This document shows positions 10,762-24,270 of a DNA stretch of 64,000 nucleotides, one piece after another. The DNA comes from Eledone cirrhosa (taxonomy: Eukaryota): contig OZ024740.1 in the NCBI GenBank assembly GCA_964016885.1, positions 360,964,001 to 361,028,000 on the forward strand, written 5' to 3'. The notes below the pieces were generated by a model. It did no database searches. It had not been told where the DNA came from and saw nothing but the letters and a program-made list of their open reading frames with translations. The position numbers were made by a program, and so were the translations under genes. Numbering within the stretch: the first letter of the stretch is position 1; each line of letters starts with the position of its first letter.

Positions 10762-13635
10762 CTGGAAATAGAGAAAAAGATAATGAAAGAGATTTTGAAA
10801 ATATAGTTACCCAATTTATTTAAATTATTATCTATAGTTATCAATTATTATTGTAGTTATCTGCATTGCGACAACTATATTTTCAAAATAACAAATTTCC
10901 CAATGCTTTTTAAGTCAACCAAATCTTGTTCACAATGAAAGAAGTTTTATTAGGAGAATTGTGGCCTTGGATAAATATGTATGCCATGGGTTATATATAG
11001 GACAGTGTGAAGTTTGGCCCTTTTGATACAAAACTGCCTAAAACCTGATACAATAACGTTAAACTGTTTGTTTTAAACCTTCTGACAACAAACTGCCAAA
11101 AATAGCCGCTGGTTCTACAATATAAAGCTGTTTGTTTTAAAGTGTTTATATTTATCTAAAAAACCTTCCATTATAATTTTATTTAAGAACCTCTGTTATG
11201 TTACAAAGTTATGTTACAAACACCAGATAAATAACAAAAAAATTAGATATTTTACTAAATCCCTTCATTTTCTTGATTATTTTCAAAATTACTTGAAAAT
11301 CCAGAGCTGTGACTTTCATTAGAAATATAGTAGCAAAAGGATTAATGGTGAGTTAGACATATGACAGTGGTTTAATGGTGTGGCATAGTACCTGGACAGT
11401 GCATTATTTTATAGAGAGGCAAATAAGGGAGGAACAGAGTGTGTGAGTGCGCATATCAATGGCATGCATTTGTTTGTGTTAAATGTTGTGGTATTAAGAA
11501 GTGGCACAGCATCCAGACCCCTAGCAGAAACAGAAGTTGGGTAACATTTCCTTCAGTTCTATGTGAGACTTTAATCCTTGACAATCTGGAATACAATAGG
11601 CAACACAGTTTTGGTGCCAGACTCAAAGACTACCCCTGCTGCCCCATTACTCTTGAAATGGAAATGAAATGAAAAATGAAATTTACAGCTAATACCTTTG
11701 CATGTTTAACAAGCTTCCTATGAGGCTTCTTAAGTATTTTAATAATAGAGTCTGCAGCCCTATTATGAAATGCAATGCGAAATGAAAAGCATCTTGATTA
11801 AGAACACAATGCACTATCTGGTCCAGAAATCAAATCCATGACCTTATGGTTGCAATTTCTCAACTAAGCTATGTGCCTTCACTTGAGAAAAGTATGAATA
11901 TTGTAGCTTCTTATTTTCTCTTTCCTGTAAAATCAAAGTCAGATGTGAATTGTTAATTAAAAGCTGGGAAGATAAGATGCTACATTCCTGAGGTCATGGA
12001 TCATACTAAAGCCATTGTGCCTTTGGGTCAGACACCAAATTGTTTGACTCTAGTTCACCCATGCATCTATGCTGTTGCTGCTGCCTCCAATACCACTCCC
12101 ACCACCATAATCATCAACAATTTACATCTACTTTCCCTGCTAGCATAGGTTGAACAGGTTCCTATTCAGATTTACTGCCCTCCTAGACGTGCCCCATGAC
12201 TATCCCATGCTCATATGTTGCAAATCTGGCATGGTTTTTATGGTTGGATGTTCTTCCTAATATCAACCCCTTTACAGAGTGTACTGCATGCATTTTAATG
12301 TAGCACCAACACTAGAGAAGTTGTCATGTCTTTGAACTAAAGAGTTCTCTCTACACTACACTATCTCAATTTAATAACCAATCATTTTACAGAGTGTACT
12401 TCCTACATTTTAACATGGCATCAATACTAGAAAGGCTGTCATGTTTTTGACAAGACTAAAGTATTCTCTCTACACTACATTTTCTCTGTTCAATCAGCAA
12501 CCACTTTATAGAGTGAACATAGAATACCAGGCTTCATTTGCTACTTGATGGTTGAATGATAATCAGGTAAAACTGTGCAGTAAAACAGCTCTAACAAATA
12601 ATCTATCCCATTTATGCAAGTGTGGAACAAAATAGATGTAAAATAATAACAGTATTATGCTCAATTTTGTTTTATATATATATCTCATGCCCTATACATA
12701 AACCGTTTTATAGTCATTTACCTTACTAATGCAAGGGTTAGGCTAACAGTCTCATATGAGGCTTCATACTCATTATAGGGTCCCTTTTTAGGCAATGTTT
12801 TATAGCTGGATGCCTTTCCTGATGCCCACCTTTTCAATAATCTCTTACAACACACAAAAACATTTTGTGCCTATTTTAAACTGGATACTTATATTTATAC
12901 CCTAAATGACTGCAAAACTCTTTAAGCAATACCATTTTTATCTTCTTTGTTACTGTTTAGTGAGGCAGGGAACGGCAGTGCCCGTGACTCATTTCACAGC
13001 ATTCAAGACTAATGGAAGGGAAGATGTCTTCGAACTGGAGACCCATACTGAATGTTTAATACAGAATGGACCTCACTAATGGCACCCAACAGACAGATGG
13101 TGGTGTTAAACCAGGCAACTTATTAAATCTACCACCAGAGTAGACCATCATGATATTTGAATTCAGAATGCAAAGAGCCAGAATAAATACTGCAAGGCAT
13201 TTCATCTAACACTTGATCAATTCCACCAATTGCCCTGGACTGGTAATTTATTTTATCGACCCTAAAAGGATGAAAGCAAAAGTTAACTTTATTGGGGTCT
13301 GAACTCAGTGAAGCAAAATAAAATATATCCTCATGGAAAGAAGAAAAAATAGTTTAACCCATTTGATACCAACTTGCCAGAAACCACTCCTATTATACAA
13401 TATAAAACTGCCAATTTAAAAGTGTTCATATTCATATTAAAACCTTACATCATAATTTTGTGTAAGACATTTTTGTGAAGTAATATTCTAAACATCAGCT
13501 TACTAATGAAATAGTTAGTTATTTTAGTAAATTACTTTGAAAATTACTTGAAACAAATTGGCTGTGTATATCATGAGAAATACATTAACAAAAGAGGTAA
13601 AGAAAATAAAAGTAGATTTAACAGCTTGCACTCAC

Positions 13636-13759
13636 AGGTTGATCTAAGTCTTCCTCTTTAATGCACAAGTTGCAGTCAATGACGTTAAGACCAACCAACA
13701 ATCCAGTTATCACAATGCCTTCATCTTCCACCATTATGGCACCCCGTTCATAAAATTCA
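13636..13759 (-). CDS. RUFY2: RUFY2-like exon (end of RUN domain), 124 nt
   Basis: (S)[41 protein letters not shown]. Acceptor tgtttcag, donor gtgagt. Confidence 0.95.
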
Positions 13760-13872
13760 CTGAAACAGAAGAAAGGAAATAAGGCACACATACATCTCAT
13801 CTATCATGTTTTCTTCTTTTTTTATAGTGAACTTCTTAACAAAACAGCCAGGCTTGTATACACACACACGTG

Positions 13873-13903
<31 letters not shown>

Positions 13904-14105
13904 ATGTTTATATATATATATATATATATATGCATGTATATATATAAATATTTTCTAGGGCGGGTAAAATTCCCAAAATCCATGGACAAGTTCTCTCCAG
14001 CAGTCTCTGTTCTTCATCCTCGCTGCCATGTCCTGCATCTCCTAAAAACCAGTGTCATATAAATATGTATATGTATATATATATATATATGTGTGTGTGT
14101 GTATG

Positions 14106-14136
<31 letters not shown>

Positions 14137-14381
14137 AGGTGTTACAACAAAAAGCACCCAGTCCACACTGTAAAGTGGTCAAGTAGGAGTCATGACAAAA
14201 AGTACCCAGTACAGACTGTAAATGTGGTTGGCATTAGGAAGGGCATTCAGCTAAGAAATCTAGCAAGAAGCAGTTCTATATGAGCAAGACATGGTCACCT
14301 GACCCAATTTGCCTCAAATGGGACAATCTGCCTAACCCATGCTAGCATGGAAAATAGATGTTAAATGATGATGATGATACA

Positions 14382-14877
14382 TCTATATATATAAAGTTGT
14401 AGTTCCTATCTGTTTGTTTGTTTGTTCACAAACTCCTCCTATGGTTTTGGAGATAGACCCCCATAACCATATATATTCTGAAACTACATTGCCCAGGGTA
14501 CTTAGATAAGTATGTTTCATTTTAATCAAATAGTTCCCCGGGGGCACAAACCTCCGCTGTTTTCCCTTCGATTTATATGAAATTTAAACCATAGGTAAAT
14601 GTCAAGATATGATGCCTATTCACAAAAGTTTTGAATTGATATTTTGAAAAAAATTATTTACAAGAAACAAAATAAGAATAAGATTTAATAATGTAATTTT
14701 GATTTGATATATTACAAAAAATAATGTTTTCCAATTTTTCATGCATAACATTTTACATTGAGTAATATTGAAATGCAGAGTTTTTCTCCATAAATTATAT
14801 CACTGATTTAAAATCAATCATCATTTTCTTACAAAAAAAATGTGTGAAGCGCAGCAAGGCGCGAGTAATTTAGCTAA
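14382..14877 (+). mobile_element. Non-autonomous Helitron
   Basis: A|TCTATATATATAAAG 5' end with (TGTT)n subterminal tract. 3' GC-rich hairpin GCGCAGCAAGGCGC followed by CTAA|T. Confidence 0.65.
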
Positions 14878-14880
14878 TAT

Positions 14881-16549
14881 ATCATCATCATCAACGTTTA
14901 ACGTCCGTGTTCCACGCTTGCATGGGTTTGGACGGAGGTATTCCCACTTGAGGCAAGAGTGATTGTCTTGCTCGCATAGGACTGTCTGGCAGGTTTTCTA
15001 CAGTTGGATGCCCTTCCTAACACCAACCACATTTACAGTGTGGGTCTGGGAGGTTTTTACCGTGTTGCCTACACGGCCACATTACAGCGTGGGCTGTGTG
15101 TTTTTTTGTCGTGACACCTACACGATCTCATTTGTTTCGGCCTGGATGGCGTGGCACCGACATAACTTTACATAGAAGGGGGTGGTGTGGATGGGGTGGG
15201 GGTGGTGGGACGGGGTGTATTTTGTTAGAGATGCCTACTGGCTGTAATAGGTTTTACTATGTATTTAGGTAAGGCGGGTCTTCTCTGTTACTGAGTACCG
15301 CCAAAGGTCTCGGTCCAGTGACATTGTCTTGGAGAGGTGTAAGTGTGTGAGGTCGGAGTTTATCAGCTCGTCCCAGGTTTTTCTAGGTCTGCCTATTCCG
15401 TGGCTACCGTCTATCTTTATTGCCCTGCACTTTGTTATACAGCTATCGACTTTCATGCGCATCACGTGTCCATACCAACGTAGCCTTCTCTCGAGTAAAC
15501 AACATCTGATCCCTCTTATTTCTAATTTTTTCCTTAGTTCGTTTATGCTTTGCCGTTCACGCGTATATTACTGTTACACATCCAGCGGAGCATGCAAGCT
15601 TCGTTCCTCTCTAGTCTGCGTATATCCTCTGCACACAATGCCCAGGTCTCACTGCCATGCAACATTGCTGTTCGTATGCAGGCATCATACAACCTGCCTT
15701 TCATTTTTAGGGAGAACCCTTTAGCAGCTAATAGTGGTATAAGCTCTCTGAACTTTTTCCATCCAGTTCTGACTCTAGCTACTGTACTTTCTGAGCACCC
15801 TCCCCCACTGCTGATTTTGTCACCCAGGTAACGGAAGCTGTCCACTATTTCTATAGAGCCCTCTGCGCAGTTGTAAGAGCTAGTATTTTGTGGGCACTTG
15901 CTGCTACTTATTGCACTAGAGCACCGGCCACATGTAAAATCTATGTTCTTAGTTAGCTTACCTGTGATCCCACTACATCTTTTATGCACCCATACTTTGC
16001 ATTTGGGACATAAAATGGAGTTTCTACCTACGCCTTTCCTACACACTGAGCATGGCCATTTCCCAGAAGGGACCGCCGCCTTATTTTCTTTCCTACAAAC
16101 TAGAACTTTAGTCTTAGCCAGGTTAATTTTAAGTCCTTTTGATTCTAGGCCATGCTTCCATGTTTGGAATTTCTCTCTAGCTCGGCCATTGATTCAGCTA
16201 TGAGTGTCAGGTCGTCTGCGTATAGGAGTTCCCATGGGCAGCCGGTCTTGAACTCCTCTGTTATAGCCTGAAGGGCAATAATAAATAGTAGGGCGCTGAG
16301 AACAGAGCCCTGATGGACGCCAACTTTTACGCTAAACTCTTCACTATGTTCGTTGTTAATTCTAACCTTGCTGACTGTTTCTTTATACATGGCTTGTATC
16401 GCTCTCACAAGCCATTCGTCAACACCTAGTTTTCTAAGAGCCCACCAGATAATGGAGCGGGGGACTCTGTCGAAGGCTTTCTCCAAGTCGACAAAAGCTA
16501 AGTAGAGGGGTTTACCTTTAGCTAGGTACTTCTCCTGTAGTTGTCGTAC
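14881..16549 (-). mobile_element. 5'-truncated RTE-clade LINE (RT, 3' UTR, (GAT)n tail)
   Basis: ORFs 16145-16612, 15543-16046 and 15265-15465 give AFVDLEKAFDRVP, GVHQGSVLS, LLYADDL, FRYLG and GRPRKTW. Two frameshifts. Confidence 0.93.
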
Positions 16550-16856
16550 ACATATATTTATATTTATATATATATATATAATCATCATCACATATATATG
16601 TAATTCTAACATTAACTCTCACACACTCATCTTTCTACACCTCTACCTTCACATAAACAAACAATAAAACACAAAATGTTCACCATTTTCTAAACAAATT
16701 TTATCGTGTTTATTGTATTTTATTATCTAGCTTCTACCTCTCAGCTTACCTTGCCCTGAACCGCATGCACAATAAAAAACTATACAACCAACTATACATA
16801 TAAATAAGTTGCTCGAGATACACCAATGCATTATATGTACATATATATGTGTGTGT

Positions 16857-17191
16857 GAAGGCACATCGCTTAGTAGTTAGAATATTGGGCTTACATTGCG
16901 AGGTTGTAAATTTGATTCCCGGATCAGGTGGTGTGTTGTGCCCTAGAGCAAGGCACTTTATTTCACGTTGCTCCAGTTCACTCAGCTGTAGAAATGAATT
17001 GCGATGTCACTGGTGCCAAGCTTGTATTGGCCTTTACTTTTCCCTTAGACAACATCGGTGGAATGGAAAGGGGAGACTGGTATGCATGGGTGACTGCTGG
17101 TCTCACACAAACAACCTTGCCCAGACTTGTACCTCAGAGGAGATTTCTAAATGTAAATCTAATTGTCATTTGTGACTGAAGGGAATCTTTA
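16857..17191 (+). mobile_element. tRNA-derived SINE with CORE-like domain
   Basis: Degenerate A and B boxes (cgcttagtag, tttgattccc) and gagcaaggcactttatttcacgttgctccagttcactcagctgtagaaatg, shared with 60359 and 1702. Confidence 0.75.
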
Positions 17192-17400
17192 CCTATATAT
17201 ATATATATCATTATTGTTTTCACGTTCGTTTTTCTGGGTTGGATAGGTCCACACAGACCAAGTCAGTACTCAAATGGAGCTAATAACCTCTGAGACAGAC
17301 TGGAGGCCCACCTCTCTCTACATATGTTCCTGCACACTACAAAGTGCTCAGACATGTAGGACAATTAAAAACTGTAAATATCAACTTCAAAAATACATAC

Positions 17401-17505
17401 CTTAACACATCATCTTTTTTTTCTATGATTAACTTAAAATAATCAGCCAAGGTTTTCTGCATGAGAGCCAACCTCAACCATGCTCGGGCACGTCCCAAAG
17501 GAGTT
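17401..17505 (-). CDS. RUFY2: RUFY2-like exon (RUN core), 105 nt
   Basis: [34 protein letters not shown], containing the hallmark RUN motif [14 protein letters not shown]. Acceptor tttcaacag, donor gtatgt. Confidence 0.95.
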
Positions 17506-20222
17506 CTGTTGAAAAACAAAGAAAAGAAAAATGAAAATGAAAAAATACATGGCAGAAGTAAATTTGAAATCAATATAAAATGGATTCCCCAAAATGTTTA
17601 TAGTTACTTGGGATGAGTGAGGAGGAGGGTATGTTTTCAAAATGAGTAGAAGGGGATAAGGTAAATGCTTAACCCTTTTGATACCAAACTTCTGGATGCT
17701 GCCCCTGTTTTCGTCATACAAGACTGAATATTTTTAAATGTTTATATTTATCTAAAAAAAATTTTTTTGAAATCAATTTGACACTAAACTGCCTGAAACT
17801 ACCTCTGGTTAAATAACACAGAACTGCTTATTTTAAGGTGTTTATATTTATCTAAAAAAAAAAAAACCGACATCAGAATTTTATATATGAACTTTTGTTA
17901 ATTTATGTTCCAAACACCAGTAATGTGAAAATTAGTTATTTCATTAAATCCTTCCAAATTCTAATTTACAAAATTATTTGACAATCATTAGAAATATGGT
18001 AACAAAAGGGTTAAGCAATATAGATTGACTAAATTTTAGAGATATTTTATATCTGGCTCGAGAGAATACCTGTGACACAAATGGATACAGGATAATTTTT
18101 ATGAATAGAATGAACCTCTGTTAGTTTTGATGATGAGTGGTCCAGTTGTTCAATTTACAGAACAGCCTGCTCATGGAATTAATGTCTAAGCAGCTGAGCA
18201 TTCTGCAAACATATGTAATCTTAGAAATATGGTAATGAAAGGGTTAAGTAATCATATTGATGACCTCCCCACAGCCCCGGCAGACAGAATGGAGAAGGCG
18301 TTTCCCCAGAGGATGATAAGGGAGATGCAACAGCAGAAGCCAAAGTGAGAGCCTCTGTTTGGTGCTCAATCTGCTAGAAATAGCAGTTAAATCAACCTCC
18401 AAATACCCTGCTGTCATTAATAAAGGACCTATTTGGTAATTTTGAGATGTAAACATAGTCTGACAATAACAAAATAGTATGGTCATGGCTGGAACATATC
18501 TCAATCAAAGCAGATATGGAGCTAAACAACAACAATAACACAGTCCAACTGTCACTTGAGCTGCTAGAAATAGTAGCCGAGTATCCTTCAAAACATATGC
18601 TACCATATGTAATATCGAAAGATACATTGGACAATGTAATCTCTGATATACAGAAAGATGGGATGATCAACACTGGAACACTTTAACCCTTTCATTACCA
18701 TAATTTTGAAAATAATCAAGTATTTGGAGGGGTTTAGCAATATAACTAACTTTATCAATATTAAGCTGGTGTTTGGAACATAATTTGACAAAGGTTTTTA
18801 CACGAAATTATGATGAAAGGTTTTTAAATAAATATAAACACTTTAAAATAAACAGCTTAGTATCATAGAATCAAGGGTGGTTTTAGGGTAGTTGGTTGGT
18901 TGGTTGGTATCAAGAGGGTTAAGTCGTAGGTCAACATGATCAGAGTTGAAGTGAGGCTAAACAAGACTTCTATTAACACCAAAAACAATAAAAGTAATGG
19001 CTACCTTGCTACCAACAATAACAATACTTTCATCACCAGTATTTTGAGTACTTCCCCTCCAAATTGTATCACTAGTACTAAAAATGTCTCACACATCGCT
19101 TATGAGGGATCTTTTACATGGTCACTTGACATGTTCGAAATAACAGTAAAATCTCTCATAAATCAGACCTTACAGTTGTAAGTAAAGTGGGGTATATTTT
19201 GGACTATAGAGTCCATGAGATACAAAGACAAAATAGGAAGGTCATAGCTAGAAAGTCTTTGATCATAGTTCTACTCATTAGTAGATGTAGGCAGGGTTCA
19301 ATAGTTAAGAAATTTACTTCACAATTATGAAATATTAGATTTGATCCCACTATGAAGCACCTTTGACAAATGTTTAATCCTTTTGCTATCATATTTCTAT
19401 TGAAAGACACAGCCTATGATTATCAAATTATTTTGAAAATAATCAAGAATTTGAAGAGATTTTGTAATGTAACAAACTTTCTCATCATTAAACTAACAGT
19501 TGTGGCATAACTTAAAGGTTCTTACATAAAATTATGACTGGAAATTTTTAGATAAATAAAAACGCTTTAAAGCCAAGTTTTGTATCATAGAACCAGGGCC
19601 AATTTCAAGCAGTTAAAGGGTTAACATAGCCTCAGGTTGACCTGGGTGTTGTGAGTGAAATTGAATAGGTGAAAATTATGTGGAAGGTATCAGATAAATT
19701 ACACCTGTAATTCAAAGGTGCAGCTATGTCACATAGTGTAATGCTAATACTGCCTGAGAATGACATAAAAGGTGCATGTATCGGTGGAATATTCAACTAT
19801 TTACATGTTAATTCATGTTTGACATACAGTTGATTTACCATTCAAATCAATGGCAGATCCATATGGCAGAGTTAAAGAAGAACAACAACCACAAAAGCAA
19901 CAATTCTCCCACCACCAATCATCAACAAAGATGTGAACTATCAATTATTAACTCTTAAGAAACCAAATGATGTTCTTGAAAAGAACAAAACAGCACTATG
20001 ACTGCATCACCTTAAAAGTTTAGGTGTTTGCTCTAATACTGTAAATTTCCACAAAGATTTGTACTCTAGTAAAGATACTAATAACAATTGCATTATCAAA
20101 CCACAAAAAAGCCACACAAGCAAGAAATTGTTGAAGTGTACAAAAGAGCAATATGGCTGCAACCAAATTAAACATTAAAGTTTGTACTATAAGACTGTGA
20201 ATTCACAAACAATACGTCCAAA

Positions 20223-20482
20223 TTGAAAAGTCTGTTTGTTTGTTTAGAAAGTCGTACAATGCAAGTGGGTTAGATTACCAAGGTAATAATCAGAAGGGAA
20301 TTGAGAAAACAAAATAAAAGAAAGGGATATTGGGAATATTGAATTGCTAAGGTAACTTTCAGTCATTCTTCTTTTATTTTATTTTGGTTTCTCTGTCAAT
20401 TCCCTTCTGGTTATTAACTTTGGCAATCAAACCCACTTGCAATGCACAGCTTTCTAAACAAACAAACAAATGGACTTTTCAG
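20223..20482. repeat. Diverged fold-back element (~100-bp arms)
   Basis: aaaagtctgtttgtttgtttagaaag..tgcaagtgggt..cagaagggaattga is mirrored by tcaattcccttctg..acccacttgca..ctttctaaacaaacaaacaaatggactttt. Confidence 0.75.
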
Positions 20483-21812
20483 TTTCATGCTCCACAATGC
20501 TTCAAGCAAACTATCACCTTATAAGACTATAAATATTTGGATAAACAAACCTGCTTTTAGATATGCTAAACCATTAAATCCTTATCCACACAGACCTTTT
20601 GCTACGATTATCACCAGCAACAACACTAACACCATCACCCTTAACACCAATAGCAACACTAGCCACCCTAACACACACGCTAACACCGCCAACAATGCTA
20701 ACACACCACCACTACTGCCAACAACACTAACACCACTACCATTACCACCAACAACTCTAACATCACAACCACCAACACCATTATCATCATGAGAAAACAA
20801 GAGACCCTCTATGTGGTGGTTGCTCATGCAGCAAGGAACATCAGCCAAATCTCCCTCACATTACCCCCTCCACTCCCCTATCTTCAAAAAGAAAGAACAT
20901 ATTGGATAATGCAGTCCAATATGTCTGAATGAAGAAGATGGAATAGTCATGACTGGAATGTTTTTTTTTATCATATGACTGCAACATCAAAGCTGATCTA
21001 TCTAGGGCTAAACAACCTCAAACACCACCATCATCTTAACCACAGGCACCAGAAGCCGCATAAGAACCACCTCACAAGTATCACCACCACATATTACTAC
21101 TGTTACTACTACAAATATCACCACCACTACCACCTCACATTACCACCATTATCACAATATTACCACCACAAGTATCACCACGACTACCACTGCAGGTATC
21201 ACCACCATTAATCCCATTACCACCACTACAAGTATCACCACCATCACCACTACAAGAATCACCACCACTACTACCATCACAAATATTACCACCACCACCA
21301 CTACCACTACACCCTCTCCCATATATATGCTCCACTCACCTTTTAATTACAGCTGTATACATACACTAAAATCAGTGCCTGCTTGTTAATTAATCACAAC
21401 TCTTTTCACAAACAAAACACCACCCCACACAACCAACATCACCTAACCTCCACCCCATATACCCTTATTACCACCAGCAACTGTTACAGTTAATCACTTT
21501 GCCAAACTCACAACCACTGCTACCCCACTATCACCTCCACCACCACACTACTAAGACTCCCAACATTGCTACCATCACAATTACCATTACAAACACTCCA
21601 CCACCATGACAACCACAACCCTAGCCCCATCACCACCATAACCAACCTCACCACTTCCTCCATAACTACTGTTACAGTTTCATAGTTTAATTAACTGCCT
21701 GCAATACCACTGCATTTAAAGAACACCTGCCTGCCTAATGAAGCACTGTATTAAATGATCCTTTACGGGTGAGGGGTTGGGTGAGAAGTGTTTATGGAGT
21801 GAAGGGTGGAAG

Positions 21813-21967
21813 GTAAGAAAAAAGAAAAAAGAAAAAAAAGAAAAAAAGAAAAAAAGAAAAGAAAAAAAGAAGAAGAAGAAGAAGAAGAAGAAGAAGAAGA
21901 AGAAGAAGAAGAAGAAGAAGAAGAAGAAGAAGAAGAAGAAGAAGAAGAAGAAGAAGAAGAAGAAGAA
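21813..21967 (+). repeat. Poly-purine tract ending in about 33 uninterrupted GAA repeats
   Basis: Directly visible; (GAA)n runs from ~21868 to 21966. Confidence 0.95.
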
Positions 21968-22530
21968 CCGACCTCGACAAAAACTGTTTATGACAAGTTA
22001 GAAAATATGGTCATTATTACTATAATTAAGTCGCTGAGCATTCCACAGACATGTCTACCCTTAATATAATTCTCAGGGAGATTCAGTATGACATTTTATG
22101 ACATGGCTGGTTCTTTGTATTACAGGTACAGTACATATTGTATTATGATGTTAGTAGATGAGCATTCTACAGACATGTATCCTTAATGTTATTCTCAGCG
22201 AGATTCAGCATCTGCATGATACAGTTTTATAACACAGCTTATGACAAGGCTGGCTCTTTGAATTACTGGTACAGTCCATCTGACTGGCTTCCAAACAGTT
22301 TCCATCTATATAATTTCACTCACAAAAGTTGAATCAACTCAATGCTATGGTAAATGACAATTGCCCCAAATTCCATGCATAGGGATCGAACCTGGGACCT
22401 TATGATTGCTAAGCAAACTCCTTAACCTTGCTATGTCCACTGAGGGTTGTTAACTGTCAACGTTCTTGACCAACACACATGGACCAAAGATTTAGGTAAA
22501 ACCTTTACAAAAGAACAGTGTGGCACCTAC

Positions 22531-22648
22531 TTGATGTTTGGCATCTCTCTGACACTGGTTGTAATCTCAGCAGCTTCTGGGGCAAATTTTTCAATGACCT
22601 CTAACACTCCCCAAAACTCTCGTTTATCTCGAAGTATTCCTTTCTTAG
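22531..22648 (-). CDS. RUFY2: RUFY2-like exon (RUN domain), 118 nt
   Basis: (P)KKGILRDKREFWGVLEVIEKFAPEAAEITTSVREMPNI(K). Acceptor ttttttccag, donor gtaggt. Phase 1 in, phase 2 out, matching both neighbours. Confidence 0.92.
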
Positions 22649-23753
22649 CTGGAAAAAAAGAAAGACATCAGCATATTAAATACATTTCAACTTAAAATCT
22701 ATAACATTAGTTCTTATAAATTGCAATAAATTGTACCTATATATAAATTTGTGCGACTCCATCCGTCTCACAATGTATGTGTGTGTGTGTGCTTGTGTGA
22801 ATGTATGTGTGTGTTAGTGTGAATATATGTGTATATGTGTGAATGTATGTCTGAGTGTGTATTTTTGTAAGTGTGTCTGTTTGCGGGTTTATATTTATAT
22901 ACTCATACATATAAATGTATGCATATACACATACACACACACATATACACATGTGCAACAGCATTTGAAAAACTTTCTAGTTGTATAAAAGGCTACTAGT
23001 ATTATGTAATAAAATGTAATATAAGACTATTAATGTTATATCTTAAATTGGTTTATATACAAGATTATTAATGTTAATTAAATTAATATAATATAATATA
23101 AATGTATACAACTACTAATGTTATATTAATATAGGACTGTTAATGTTATGTAATAGTCTTATACACAAGACAAATATAACTAAATTAATATAGGACTGTT
23201 AATCATCATCATCATCATCGTTTTTACATCCATTTTTCCACTCTTGCATGGTTTAGATTGATGATGATGTTGTTCATGTTTTTGGCAGGATTTTTTCTGG
23301 ATGGATGCCCTTCCTATCATCAACCACTTTACAGTGTGGACTGGGTGCATTATTTGTGCCACCAGCACTAGAGAGAGTGTCTTACTGGACTCAAGAATCC
23401 TCTCCACCCAGTGTTAGTTTGTATTTGGTGTGTCTACTCTCCTAGACAGTTTGCTTTCACTGAGGCTTACGGAACCCACGTCTATCCCATTAATGTTATG
23501 TAATAAACAGTGTTGTATAAAACACTACATTTTTCTTATTAATGTGTGTGGGTAAGGGTGGAAATTGGGATGTTTAACTTGTAAAAAGGGAAAATACATA
23601 CAGAAAAGGTTAAAAATCAGTAATTTAGTACAATTCCTGAATCTACATATAGGTATCTTTTTTACTTGATAGGTCTGGAGGGAAGAGCAATGCACATGGC
23701 ATTTAAAGGCCCTTGAAGATCAGAGAGATCAATGCTGTTGATATTCTCTTTAA

Positions 23754-23971
23754 CCCTTTAGTATTTAAACCGGCCGCATCCAGCCAGAATTCTCTCACCT
23801 CTTTCTGTTCAAACTGGCTGTAACTAGCCACTCATACTAATGTTAAGGTATTGTTCTCAAAATAAATATCAAAATTTCATAGATTCGATATTATGTGAGG
23901 TACTTAAATGAGGTAAATCCTTTACCATGAAAACGTAACAGTAAATATAGAGTAATGCAAATGCTAAAGGG
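23754..23971. mobile_element. piggyBac-type MITE (TTAA target site)
   Basis: TTAA|CCCTTTAG ... CTAAAGGG|TTAA. Same family as 30557, 54722 and 61892. Confidence 0.8.
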
Positions 23972-24270
23972 TTAAACTGTTGCAGGTCTGCTCTCTTTGG
24001 AAAGATATGAGCAACATTTGAGTTCTAGAAGGCTGACATTCTGGGCAAGAAGAACTGATCATATGATTAGTTTGGGTGAGTGACTCCCTCATTTCCAAGC
24101 TACACAACCTATTGAGTAACATTACTCCAAAGACCCTTCAGAGAAACCCCATTTTGGCCATTTGTGTTTCCTATCACATTCTGAAGATAATGATAGTAAT
24201 TGTAATGATGGTAACAACTACCATCATCACAATAACAACAATGGTGATGATAGTTACAGTAATGGTGATG

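Noticed and set aside
16857-16930. Possible tRNA genes at SINE heads (also 60359, 1780-1849, 28570-28643)
   Set aside because: A and B boxes are present, but I could not see a complete cloverleaf and they continue into SINE bodies.
21777-22069. Poly-K, poly-E and poly-L ORFs
   Set aside because: Translations of the (GAA)n microsatellite.
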